From Negaprion brevirostris (lineage: Eukaryota): a stretch of 64,000 nt of DNA. Every line of letters begins with the position of its first letter. The first letter of the stretch is position 1. Of this stretch, positions 49,401 to 62,309 are shown one piece after another. The stretch lies in contig JARDVH010000169.1 of the NCBI GenBank assembly GCA_030324005.1, positions 13,298,574 through 13,362,573 of the forward strand, in the 5' to 3' direction. A program made the position numbers and the translations under genes. Under the pieces are notes generated by a model. It worked only from the letters and a program-made list of their open reading frames with translations, searched no databases and had not been told where the DNA came from.

Positions 49401-52400
49401 TCTTTTAAAACCTAAGCCCTCTCTTCGAAAGAGCACTATCTTTCTGAAAAGATATTGGTCAAAACCACCTTTGTAAAAAAGTGTATAACACAAAGTATGA
49501 ATTATGCTGAAAAGTGTCCTTATGGTATTTCTCCCAGTCTCTTCTCAAAAAAAAAGACTTCCGAACAGCACAGATATCAAGACAGTATGCAAACATTTGA
49601 CCTACAACCAGCTTTAAGATAATGACCATTTCTTTCCCCACAGTCCTACCAACAATTGAAATGGACAATCATTCAATGGTATGTGATGACTTCTGTGACG
49701 ATGGGGGTCTTGAAAATAACATCTGTGGAAAGCAACCGGCTGTTGCTGAATGTGGAGGTCAAAGGGTAAGTGAACTCTCAAAGTCCACCATTGGCTCTGA
49801 AGATTAACTACAGACTTCACAGAACTTTTTGCCATGGCGTGAAAACTTTGGACAGAGTGCTTAACAAGGTCAAAGGTTTTGTGTTTCAAAAGTGGAATTC
49901 CAATAGAACCAGATTTTGGCCATTTTTAAATAATATGAATTAAATTTTCCTCCCCTGGTAAAAAGGTTGCCAAAAAAAAGTACTTCAATCAACTTATTAA
50001 TGAAATACTATCGACACACAGCAAAACATCTGGGAATATATTATCTTTCTTCTCCCTTTCAACCACTACATTTGCCCCAGCATACATCAAAATCAAGATC
50101 AACTTTGCAATCAAGGAGTAAATGGTCAAAAATATATCATTCACCCTTTCCCTTTCAACGTTCTGCATTACTGTATCATGGAAAAAAAAATCCCCACATC
50201 AGGGTTCTTACTTTATCCAAGATCAATTCAACTACAGCTGCATGGTAGAACACCTCTGCCTGTCAAGGTTTCACATCAGACATCAATCTATGCAAACAAG
50301 GCTCTTACACTGAGCAGTGTGAACTGAGCTGTAATCTTTTTGTGTACTATAACTGGGAGCTTGCAGTCCTTGAGAAAGACAGCAGGTGAATTCCCTTCTA
50401 TAGCATTCTCACAATCAATCAAAAAGAGCTACGGCGAATTTCAGCGTCTGTTACAATTTTATATAAATCACTATGGGAGCTTTAAAACATTAATGTTCAA
50501 TGGCTGTCATGACTGACAGAGCTTTGGAGTAGTAATGCTAAGGAACTGGTTACCACAAACTGACTGGTGGACCAGTCTACCAGCATGCAGTTATTCACTA
50601 AAGAGGAAACTGGAAAAGGCAAAGATCATAAAATAGAAAGTACAGCTACTGTGTCCACATATATTCAGTTAACCATTAATAAGCTGCAGTAACAGTTTGA
50701 TAACGAGAGTATAACAGCATTAATACATAGAACGTCATGAAGGACACCCTTAATTTCTTGTGATGGGAGAGATTTTGCACCAGATATATCTACCTGCAAG
50801 GAAAATTCTCTCAGGCATTGCCAAGAGAAACAGAAACGACTGCCTACGGCTATTGTGATAGATCCTTCTGGAATATCAACCCCAACATATCCTATTGTAA
50901 CTTTATTTCACATTCATCTAAACAAGCAGAGAGGAGTCCATTTAACATCTTCTCCAAAAGAAGATATCTTTAACAATGCAGCACTCTCCAGGTACTGAAC
51001 TGAATAACCAGCCACAATTTTGCATTCAAGTTGGGATAAAAAAGCTTGAATATCAAGATGAATTAGGAGTCTTAAAAAATTAGCAATAAACATTTTGGAG
51101 AAAGTTTGGAAATTGGATGGAGCAGAAACAGAAATGCAGTAAAAGAGGAAAAGAAAATCAAGGGATTGAACGCAATAAAGTTCAGATGAGGCGTTCTATA
51201 CTTTTAGGTCAATAGTGTTTCCGCCTCATTTTCAAAATATGATCAGTAAGGCAGGTTTCTCTCTGAAATCTGGTTTGCTCAGTGTAACATCCACTGTAGT
51301 CACAACAGGAACCAAAACAAACAAAAAACATCTGTTGTATAAACTTTTAAACTGGTCAGTATACTGTGCATTTAAAGCAATACTATTTAAGTTGCATCTG
51401 AAAATAATTTCTGTGCCCAGGTGCCCAAGATAATACAGTTCGCTAACATTCCCAGTATACATTTTTGGGGCAGATATCAAGCAAAGACAAAGAAGTGGAG
51501 GGAAATCATTACATTGTTAATTGCATGAGAAATTCTGTCAAGCTTTGCAACTCTCGAATCACACAAACTTTGCTGGTCCACAACGGGCATTAAGGATCAG
51601 TGAGATGTTAGAAGTAAAACAACGTCCACCTAAAAAAAAAAAATAGGCCTAATGTGAAAGGAGGACTTTGATCTCTGATGTGACAAGTCCAGTGTCATTG
51701 CCTTGCAGCCCCCTTGCTTTAGCCACTTATTTTGACACCTTACAGTTGTGACTGGAACAATATGTCCATTATTGGGTCCTTAAAGGCTCATTTTAAAGAA
51801 AGGAACTTCAAGAAATACTATTTTCACTATAAATGCAAGTATTGTTTAAGTCAAGGACTTGACTTTCTGTTTATCTTATTTGGAGAGTCAATTACAAACC
51901 TGGAAAATAAATCTGATTATTATTTTTAGCTTGAATAATAAATTGTGACAGCAAGACGGCCTCTGCCTTTTGGAGTGGCTAGTAGTGAATTGAGGTCCAT
52001 CCATTCAAATCCTGCAGCAGACATTATGGAAAAAGTCATTGTTTGCCCTGGTATGCCACTCGCAGTCATGGCATGCTTGAGGGCATGAGTCTTAGAACTT
52101 AGGAGGCATGGGTCTGAACATTTTCTTGCACTCATGTATAAAATAATTGGTAGCGTCTAAATTGTTACAGGCAGCCAGTGAAAAAACAACTGTTTAATTA
52201 TGGAGAAAAGGTGGGCCATGATTGAACGATGGAGCAGACTTGATGGGCCAAATGGCTTACTTCTGCTCCTATAACTTATGATCTAACTCGAAGGTAAGAC
52301 AGCGACGAATGAAAAATATGAATATTTACAGAGCACATGGAGCAATCTCACACATGTCTCAAAGCACACCATACACAAGAAATTACTTTGAGGTGCAGTG

Positions 52401-54704
52401 ACTGTAGTTAATAGAACAAAATATAGTGAGACCAAACATGAAACAATGTAAATGTCTTCAGGCCTGCGCTGGAATACTTATGACTGTTTAAAAATTATCA
52501 TAGAATTAATTTAGATTAACCAAACATCCAACTGGAACTCCCCACACTGTCTTATGATTCACTTATTACATGATTCACTCCTTACTTTCTTTCTGCAGTA
52601 GTTTTATTTCTTACCATTTCTCTCCACCCTAGCTTAATACCATCCCATAATTAAAAATTAACATAGATATTAGAAAACCAACAGCGAACAATACTATGAA
52701 GTCCTTTGATCATGGACACGTTGAGCAGTAATAGATACGGTTATTGGAAATTTTTCCAATGCAGAAAATGGTCCCACACATATACAACAAAAACAGTTAA
52801 TGCTCCCATTCCAAATTCCCAAAGGGTGCCTGTGTAGAATTGAACACATTGGTAGAGCAGAATCAACATGCAACAAAATAACACACATCTTGCCTAATGC
52901 TAATCATATTGTCCTGAGCCAATGAAAGCAGCTCTCTAAAATTGACTTATTTGCTCTGAAGCAGCACCCAGAGGGAAGGACACCTGGCAGGTACACAGCT
53001 GCTATGCTTGGTGTAATGTAAGACACCACATACGTACACAGGAGGCAACAACAAGCTGATCTGCAGTACAAACATGTTGACTGTTATATCTGACACTAGA
53101 GCTTACATGAGTTTTGGGAAATATGTTTAAGGACAAATGGCAAGAATGCAAATGCAATAAACTTTTCATAGAAATTTAAACAAAGTTTACCAAAAAGATG
53201 TAGGACTGTAGTAGGATTTACAGAAATGTCAAGTGCTCAAGATCAAGACAAGTAACTTCAATCACCAAGTTACTCATTCGTAACCTTCAATGCAAATAGT
53301 GGGAAACAAAACTTTCCACTTGGAAAGTCATGGCTGGTCAGGAAGCAGTTCAAATGAAACAATAACTCAAGCATGTACTGCCCAGACATGTTAGACATGC
53401 AACTACACACAAAGTCAATAAACAAAAGAGCAAGTCGAGCCAACACTTATTTCCCTTCCACTATTTCTTTAAGTGCTTTTCTTCCAAATTTGGGAAAGTA
53501 ATGTGTTGTTCATCAGCAAAGATGAAGATCTTCAGTACTTTTCTCGTTCTCTCCTGATGTTCAGTCTATGGGATATAATTCTTTTCATGCTTAGTGCACT
53601 CCTGTAACTGAGCCCACCAATCCTTCTGAACTGAACTGCGATCATCTACACACAATGTCTAGCGTTGTACTGTTGNNNNNNNNNNNNNNNNNNNNNNNNN
53701 TGGAATCATTACAAAACCACTCAGAATAAAACCTAGTCTTTGTACAATGGCTTAACAATCATCCTTGTGTATTGCATGACTTAAGCAAGAATCTACGGAT
53801 CAAGTCAGTAAAAACAGGAGCAAAGTTGGAACTATAGCAATTAACTTACAACATTTGGATCTCAAAATAAAGCTACAAAACTTCACCAACTCTCCAAATA
53901 TAAATGAGTATTAACTAGCACTGACAGTGAGAAAGTTATACATGAGGTTCAGTCCAACTGTTATACTTGTACATTTCTACATTAGCTGCTGAAGGATTCC
54001 CCCAGACATCAAACATATTTGTCTGGACGTGGGATGTTAATACCTACATCCCTCATTCTCCAGAAACAACTATAGGACATTCTCCACTGCAAGAAGCTGG
54101 TTTAAGTTCAGGTTTCACTGGCACTGATCATTCTTCAATTAAAAGAGACAATGGCACACAGCTGACTTTTTTTCCCAGAAGAATCCTAGTTCCAACAGTC
54201 CAGCTATTAGGAATGAACATGCACGTTAGTTGTATCCTGGCCTGGTAACATGCAGCCATAGACCTACAGTAATTGAATAAATAATCAAAACAGTGGAAAA
54301 GAAAGCTTGCGGGCACCTACCCTAATAAAACGTGGACTGGACTTAAATGGCAGACCACATATATGAATGTGGATTCCTTCAATACAGAGAATACAAGTCT
54401 GGAGTTAACATGACATCTGAAGAAGTTTCAAATAGCTACAAATATAGCAAAGATTTTGTTCAAACATTTGAAAAAGTAATTGATCTCTATCTGGCACCTT
54501 TTCCCGATACCTTGGCTTGGATCAATGGCTCACCACATGGGGCTCACAGTTCAAGCTCAATCGCCTCGAGTCAATCAAATAAATGTAGAAGCTTTAGGGG
54601 TATCTTCAGCATACTGAATATTTTCATTATGGTTTAGGGCAGAAACTCCACAATGTTTTATGATGGATCATAAGTTTTGAACTTTGAATTTGACTAGATA
54701 AGCA

Positions 54705-55260
54705 TGATATGGGGATCACCTCAAGTATAATTCAAACAGCCCACTAGGCAGCTTTTATCAAACAAAGCTTATTTAAGAATATAGTTAACATGTTTGGAAA
54801 CAAAATTAGCAATAGTTTTTATCAATTATAAACAAAAACAAAACAACCACAATAATGTATAACCCTTGACAAATATATCTAAGATTTTCTAATCAAAACC
54901 AAAACTTCCTTTAGACAAAAGCCCTTTCCACAGGTTTAACATGGCAAAGGCTAATGCTCACGCGATACTGGAACTGAGACCTTTGGATGAATGCTGTAGT
55001 TCTGTTGATATACTCAGAACAGCTTCCCAGAACACCAGAGAGACTCTCTAGTCAAGCCACCAACAGCAGATTTTCTACTCTAGAAAGGCTTTCATCTAAA
55101 TAGCAGAATTTTCCAAAACCAGAGAGAGAAACATACTGTTTTCAGTCTGATGTCCACTCCCTTCTAAAACTAAAACCTGCTGCTCACAACTGAAAATTAA
55201 AAAGCTCCTGTCACCTGACCTGCAAACATTTTTCCTCCTGACAATGCAGGGTCATAAAAC
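54705..55260 (-). mobile_element. Possible solo LTR remnant
   Basis: Composition and motifs resemble a reversed LTR; termini and TSD not confirmed. Confidence 0.3.
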
Positions 55261-55722
55261 TAATATTCCCAAAGTAAAAATAAACAACCCCCATTTAAAA
55301 CTACTTAAGGAGGAATAAAAGGGCTCCTAGTAGACAACCCAGTGCCACAATGAGAGCTAAGAGCTACAGAGAACATTTTTTTAAATTCTGACAGGTACAC
55401 TAACATCAAATCACTGCATTTGAAGCAAGGTCCTTTGCTTAAACGAAATAATTGCTTCACTGACCCTTTCCCAATCCAATTATATTGGATTTTTGGCAAC
55501 CAAGGAGTGGCATTAATAATCTCTCTTTGTCCAACAGTTAACAAGGTGAACAGTGTAGATATGAGACTGGAGGAATTTGAGTGAAAAAAACATTTAGCGA
55601 ACTTAAATACCCTGTGGCAAAATCAATAGCAATACTGCGGTTTAGATAAATAACTATCATTTGTGTTTCTTAATAGGAGCAATTCAAAAAAAAATACAAT
55701 AGGTGCATATCCTCATCAATCA

Positions 55723-55906
55723 GGCCAATCTCTTAGCTATATAATTATTACTTCTCCAATACAATTACACCAAATTGATTTCTAAACTTATTTTAGTTTG
55801 ATTCAAAGCAAATCCTTATCCAGTCGGGTGCTATTGGTTAAATTAGAACACATCATTTCAGCCTTCAGGCACGATAGTTTTATTCCAGAAGTTCTGATTT
55901 AAGCAA
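55723..55906 (+). repeat. 184-bp direct repeat, copy 1
   Basis: Colinear with 56768-56951, with scattered substitutions. Confidence 0.95.
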
Positions 55907-56624
55907 CAGATCATTGTGTTATTGTCTATATATTGAGCTTATACAGTAATGTGGAATGTATCTCTACATCCTGTATTTGTTGTACATTTTAATAAATTCT
56001 CAATACAAAATGCTAATTAATTTATTTGAGCAAAGTTTGAAGTAGAATTTTCCAGATGCCAGAATCAATACTGTTTAACATTCCAGTGTGATTACCTGAT
56101 CTCTGCTTGATAAAGCCATCCTACATTTAGTATCCAAATGTAAATTAGTGTAACTGTGATATTAGACCATCAGGTACAAATGCACAATATTACAAGGATA
56201 CGATTGAGACATCAGGATTGGCTCAGTTGCGGCAATACCAACCACACACACTGACACCTTACACAAATCAAAGCAATTGGACGAGCATTACTTTTGATCA
56301 GTTTCATTTGCCTGGTTTTAGCTTTCTGGAGCAAACTTCTGTCCCAGATTTCTCTTCCTGTGTCTCCAACTGGAGGAAAAGCTAAAGCAATTCCCTTGCT
56401 CTCGTCAGCACTTAAAATTGCAGTCTAGTCTGAAAGACATCACCCAGATTTGGTACGTTTGTGTAAGAAGGACCCTGCTGGCTTTGGTTAGGTATCCTCC
56501 TCATCTGCTCAGGACAAACTAGTTAAAATTCAGAACGGCATGTTGTGGGACAAATGCCGCTCGGAATTAGAGTGCAGGGGAAAGATTGAAGCTGCAGACC
56601 CTCACCAAATAGCAGTTACAATAA

Positions 56625-58830
56625 CATACAAGTAATTAGCAAAGCTAATAGAATGTTACTTTTATTGCAAGGAAGAGTAGAGAAGTTGTGCTTCAGTTCA
56701 GGAAGGGCATTGGTGAGACCACATCTGCAATACGGTGTTGTTCAACTCATTTAGACCCTAAGATCTAGGGCAACCTCTTGGCCAGATAATTATCACTTCT
56801 CTAATATAACTACACCAAATTGATTTCTAAACTTATTTTAGCTTGATTCAAAGCAATTCCCTGTCCAGTAGGGTGCTATTGGTTAAATTAGAACACATCT
56901 TTGTAGCTTTCAGGCACGATAGTTTTATTCCAAAAGTTCTGATTAAAGCAAATTCAGCCCATCAAATCTACTTCATCGTTCAATGAGATTGTGACTAATT
57001 TAATGTGATAATACTTCACTCCACTTTCCCACCTTTACCCATAACCCTTCATTCCTTTACTGATTAAAACTGTTTATCTCAGCCCTGAACATACTTGATG
57101 ACCCAGCCTCTACAATCCTCTGTTGTAATCCCACAGATTCACTACCCTCAGGAGGAGGCTATGGGGCTTATGCTATGCTGCCTGGTCCTAAACTCTTCAA
57201 CAAGGGGAAATAACTGAGCCTGTCAAGCCCCTTGAGAATCTTATACATCTCAATATGGTTGCTTCTTATTCTTCTAAACTCCAAATGATTACAGGTCCAA
57301 TCAACTCAACTACTTCTCATCAGAAAGTCCCTTCATTCCTGGGTTAAACCTAGGGAACCTTCTCTGGACTGTCTCCAATGTTAGTATATGTTTCTTTACA
57401 TAAGGGGATCAAAACTGTTCACAGTATTCCAAGTGTAGTCTAACGAGTGCCTGTATAGTTTTAGCAAAAATTCCCTATTTTTACACTCTATTCCCTTTGA
57501 AATAAAGCCAAACATTCCATTTGCCTTCCCTGTCATCTCCTGAACTTGCATGCTAGCTTTTTGTGATTTATGCACAACAACCCCTCAAAGCCGTCTGAGC
57601 TGCAGCTTTATCCATTTAAATAAAATTCAGCTTCTTTGCTCTTCCCACCAAAGTGCACAGCTTTACATTTTCCTATATAATATTCCATCTGCCAAGTTTT
57701 TGTCCTCGCACATAACCTGCCCATATCCCTCCAGAGACTGCACCATCCTCACCACTTGCTTTCTAACCTATTTTTGTGTTATCTGCAAACTTGGCAATAG
57801 TGTGTTCACTTCCCTCATCCAAGTCATTAATATATATTGTAAACAAATGTGGCCTTAGCACTGATCCCTGTGACACTCCACTTGTTACAAGTTGACTTCC
57901 AGATATTCCCCCCTAACTCTTTGACTTCTATCTGTTAGCCAATGTTCTATCCATGCTAATGTACCGACCCCTACTCCATTGGCTCTTATTAACTAGCCTT
58001 TTGTGTGGTACCTTGTCGATGATGTTTTTGGAAATTCAAGTGTATTATATCTACTGCTTCCCCTTTATCTACCCTGCTTGGTACCACCGCACAGATTTTG
58101 AATAAATCTGTCAGGTATGATTTCCCCTTCATGAAGCCATGCTGACTCACTCAATTATATTATGTATTTCTAAATGCTCTATTACATTCTTTATAATGGA
58201 CCCTAACATTTACCCAGTGACAGATGTTAAGCTAAGTGGCCTACAGTTATCTTTGTTTTTTGGCTCCCTCCCTCCTTGAATAAGAGTTGGCATTGGCAGT
58301 TTTCCAGAATTTAAGGATTCTTGAAAGATTACTACCAATGCATCTATGAAGGAATGAAGTAAATGCATTGGAAACAGTTCAGAGATTTACTGGAATAATA
58401 CCTGGAATGGGTGGTTAGTCTTATGAGGAAAGGCTGGACAGCTAGGATAGAGTTTAGAAGAATAAGAGGCAACTTGATTGAAATATGAGATTTTGACACA
58501 ACTTGACAGGGTGAATCTGGAAAGGACGTTTCCTCTTGTAGGAGGACATAGACTAAGGGGTTACTGCTTAAAAATAGGCAGAAATAGATGAGAAAAGAAC
58601 GTTCTCAGAAGCATGATATTTTGGAATTTTGTTCCTCAAAAGGCGGTCCAGGCAGTCTTTGTATATCTTTCAGGCAGAAGTAGATGGATTCTTGATCAGC
58701 AAATGGGTGTAATATTATCGGAGGTTGGCAGGATTGAGAAGTCAAGGTTAAAATTAGATCAGCCATGATCATGAATGGCAGAACAGGTTTGAGGGCCTGA
58801 ATGGCCGACCCCTGCTCCTATTTCATTCGC
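56625..58830. mobile_element. Nested CR1 LINEs: plus-strand copy (about 56625-56740 and 58350-58830) interrupted by a minus-strand copy (about 56750-58346)
   Basis: Plus-strand GCATTGGTGAGACCACATCTG resumes at GCATTGGAAACAGTTCAGAGA...TATGAGGAAAGG; the inner copy has the reversed GVPQGSV motif (AGCACTGATCCCTGTGACACTCC). Confidence 0.85.
56768..56951 (+). repeat. 184-bp direct repeat, copy 2, lying inside a CR1 tail
   Basis: Flanked by AGACCCTAAGATCTAG and ATTCAGCCCATC, which are adjacent parts of a CR1 3' tail. Confidence 0.95.
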
Positions 58831-60602
58831 ACATATGTACATTTATACACAGTACGGCTTCAGTTGGCTCCATGCCCGAGTGTGTTTTGTCTATTCATGG
58901 CTTTATATTTCCCTTATAAACACATACTATCATATTCTTGCAGACAAACAGGCTAGTAGCAAAATATAAAATGTAAGGAAAACAGAAAACAGGTCCAGTT
59001 CATCAGCTACAGTAATCTAATCTCCATACACCTATGGGAAAACATGAGATGCGTAGGCCAAGGGTTATGGTGGAAAGATACAGCGAGAGAGGCAGCTTTC
59101 ATGAACATAACTCACTTTCTAACTCATTATCGGCGCATCCCTGGCAGTCTTCCAGCAGTCAAGCAGCCCAAGTAATTTTAACCATCAACCTTTCCAGTTA
59201 GCATTAGGTCAACAGGATTTAAATCAGCTCCTCCTCTCCTTTCAAACTGTCTACCTTCCTTTCCTCTGCTAAACAGCCATTCATTTTCTGAACATTGTCA
59301 ACAGCCACTCATCAACTAATCAGTCTTCTGATTGTTTGTAGGGAAAAAAAACAATGAAACCAATCTTCAATCAATCAGGAGAAGGATTATTTAAGCTTGA
59401 TCAGAGCAATCTGTCATGCTATTACTATTCTTCCAACCCACACAAATTACAGCCAGAGAAAGTAATGCTATGGAGATCCTGGTGAATGCTGGTAAATTAT
59501 ATTTGTTAGGAATGGGTTAACAGACTTTCCAATTAAGTGTCAATTATTTAATAGAAGTCACTGATATCTAAAAGAGGCTACAGGTGGCATTGGGTGGTGG
59601 TGGAGAATTGTATGTGGAGTTGGATCGAATAAGTAAAGATAATTTACAAAGAAATAGAACTTGTGTCTCCTTCGGTGAACTGCAACCAAGAGGCTCAAAC
59701 AGTATTTTCCATTAGATGATAATAATACTAGCCTATTTTATAACCGATCTACCCGACCTGCAGCATGTAATGTCTCACCATTGATAGATCACGACATGGG
59801 GCCGCCTTCATCAGAACCTTGAGCCATTTTGATTTTAGTTGTCCAAAATACAACTCTGCTTTCTTGTTACATCATCCAGGACTAGGATGGTATCATTATT
59901 TCTCACTTCCATAGTCTTACTTTTAAAAGTGTGAAAAGATATCTTGCCTGATCACAGCTTCAATTTGTAGCTGGTTATCTATTTGGGTTGAACTCTAATG
60001 GTGCACTTTCAAGCCAAAGATGAGACGCCAAATTCATTTCACCTGCTTCACATTTGGAAAGTAACCTGCATTTCTATCGTGTTGTTAAAGCATTAACTAC
60101 TTTGAAGCAGAGTAACCAGTGTTACATGGCCAAAGCATAGCATCCTTTATGAACACAGATCCAGATATGATTAATTTGTTCTCAAGGTCTTGGATGGGAA
60201 AGAATCTTTGCAGGATACCNNNNNNNNNNNNNNNNNNNNNNNNNNNNNNNNNNNNNNNNNNNNNNNNNNNNNNNNNNNNNNNNNNNNNNNNNNNNNNNNN
60301 NNNNNNNNNNNNNNNNNNNNNNNNNNNNNNNNNNNNNNNNNNNNNNNNNNNNNNNNNNNNNNNNNNNNNNNNNNNNNNNNNNNNNNNNNNNNNNNNNNNN
60401 NNNNNNNNNNNNNNNNNNNNNNNNNNNNNNNNNNNNNNNNNNNNNNNNNNNNNNNNNNNNNNNNNNNNNNNNNNNNNNNNNNNNNNNNNNNNNNNNNNNN
60501 NNNNNNNNNNNNNNNNNNNNNNNNNNNNNNNNNNNNNNNNNNNNNNNNNNNNNNNNNNNNNNNNNNNNNNNNNNNNNNNNNNNNNNNNNNNNNNNNNNNN
60601 NN

Positions 60603-60716
60603 ATGATCTTATTGAATGGCGGGGCAGGCTCAAGGGGCTAGATGGCCTACTCCTGCTCCTATTTCTTATGTTCTTATGTGAGGCAGCTGTGCTAACCACT
60701 GTGCCACCATGCCACC
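60603..60716. mobile_element. Plus-strand CR1 tail abutting a minus-strand HE1 head
   Basis: ATGGCCTACTCCTGCTCCTATTTCTTATGTTCTTATG then TGAGGCAGCTGTGCTAACCACTGTGCCACC. Confidence 0.75.
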
Positions 60717-60719
60717 CTT

Positions 60720-61190
60720 TACATAGCCATAAAGCACTTCACAACTATATCTGTACCTCCAAAAGGTGGGTGTGTTGCAGAAACTTGGCAGTCAGCAAAA
60801 TTCTATAAATAACAAAGAGATAAATTGCCAGATAATCTATTTAAATGATGTTGATTGGAGGATAAATATTGTCCAGAACTCCCCTGATGTTCCTTGAAAA
60901 TAAAGTCGCATGATAATTAGAGTCAATCTGCCTTTGTGAAGTTGATTGAGGGATAAATATTGTCCAGGAAACTGGGGATAACTTTCCTACTCATCTTTGA
61001 AGTCATGCTTTAAGGTATTTCACATCCACTCAAGCAGGCGGACATTTAATCTGAAAGATGGTGCCTCTAGCAGTGCAGCATTCCTGCAGTACTGCATTGG
61101 AGTATTTTATAATCCTGTAATCTTTTACGTCTACCTGAAAAAGCCGATTAGAGCTCAACTCAGTGTGTCCTGTGAGACAGCAGGCTGGAG
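60720..61190 (-). mobile_element. DeuSINE with an internal tandem duplication
   Basis: GTTGATTG..GGATAAATATTGTCCAG occurs twice (about 60850 and 60941); reverse Deu domain GAAAGATGGTGCCTC...CAGTGCAGCA. Confidence 0.65.
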
Positions 61191-62012
61191 ATTAGTCTTT
61201 GTCGGTGGTGCAAAATGTGCAATATTAGATCACTCGTTGTTCAGCGCAGACTGTGGAAGTACATTTCTCTTGAGGGTTCCTGGAAAGCAATTGGATAGGC
61301 AAACCAGGATTTGAATTTGCTTGTGATGCCTTTGAGACTGCACCCCTGGCTACAACCATCAGTGCAGATTGCATGAAAACCTTGTTGGTATGACACATAG
61401 CATAAACCCACTGAGGCACAAGAGAATAACCGCACACAGCTCCTTGTGCAGTAATTTTGGTCACGTTGTGTTTAAAGAAAGATATCTAATTAAGAAGTCC
61501 AGCTCACTGATACAAAGCAGGCACCTTGGTGTAAAATTCTGAGATTCATGGGTCTGAGAATGGCAAAATTAATTGGATTTCCTCTAAATACGGCACCTGT
61601 ATTTGTGCATCTGTGCTATGGGCCTGGCTCCAAGCCTTTTTATTAATCAACTCCATTACATGAGTTATTTATGTACTATTTTAAAACGACACTGAAATGA
61701 AATGAGATGAAATGCATTTCCAATCTTAATGCCTAACGTACAGAACTGGTGTCAGGCTGAATTGCACCAAATTCATTCGAATTCGAAGGTGGGAGGTGGG
61801 GTGGCTAACAATGAGAAGCTGCTTTTCTCAACTGGATAAGGCAGTCTCAGCTTCATTACTGGGCAAGGCTCCTATTGCAAAGTGCTTTCGTTCATACTTG
61901 TGATAATCATTTTGATTTTCCTGCATGCAACAGAAGTTGTGAATTTTGTTCTGATGTCAGTCATGAAGCAAAAGAGTGGTGATTCAGGTTAGCAAAATGG
62001 ATTGTAATCAAC

Positions 62013-62148
62013 GGGCAGGATCCTCTGACAATACACGCCAGCAGGATTCTCCTGTCCTGCTGTAGTGAACGGAGATTTAGCTGAGCACCACATTCTCTGT
62101 ACTCCTTGGCGGTAGTGGTGGGCTGTAAACAGCTGGATAATTCTGGCC
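62013..62148. mobile_element. 136-bp hairpin MITE (orientation opposite to the other three)
   Basis: GTGAACGGAGATTTAGCTGAGCACCACATTCTC is the reverse of the family core. Confidence 0.8.
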
Positions 62149-62309
62149 TGTACCTCTCGTTTTCCGAATAACTGAAGAGCATGCAGGAAAATGATTAGAA
62201 GCAGAAGATCAGCCATGATCATATTGAATGGCACAGTAGGCATGAGGGTCAAATGACCTTCTCCTGCTCTTTTTTTTTTAAAATGCTGCCAAGTTTTATT
62301 ATTTAAAAC

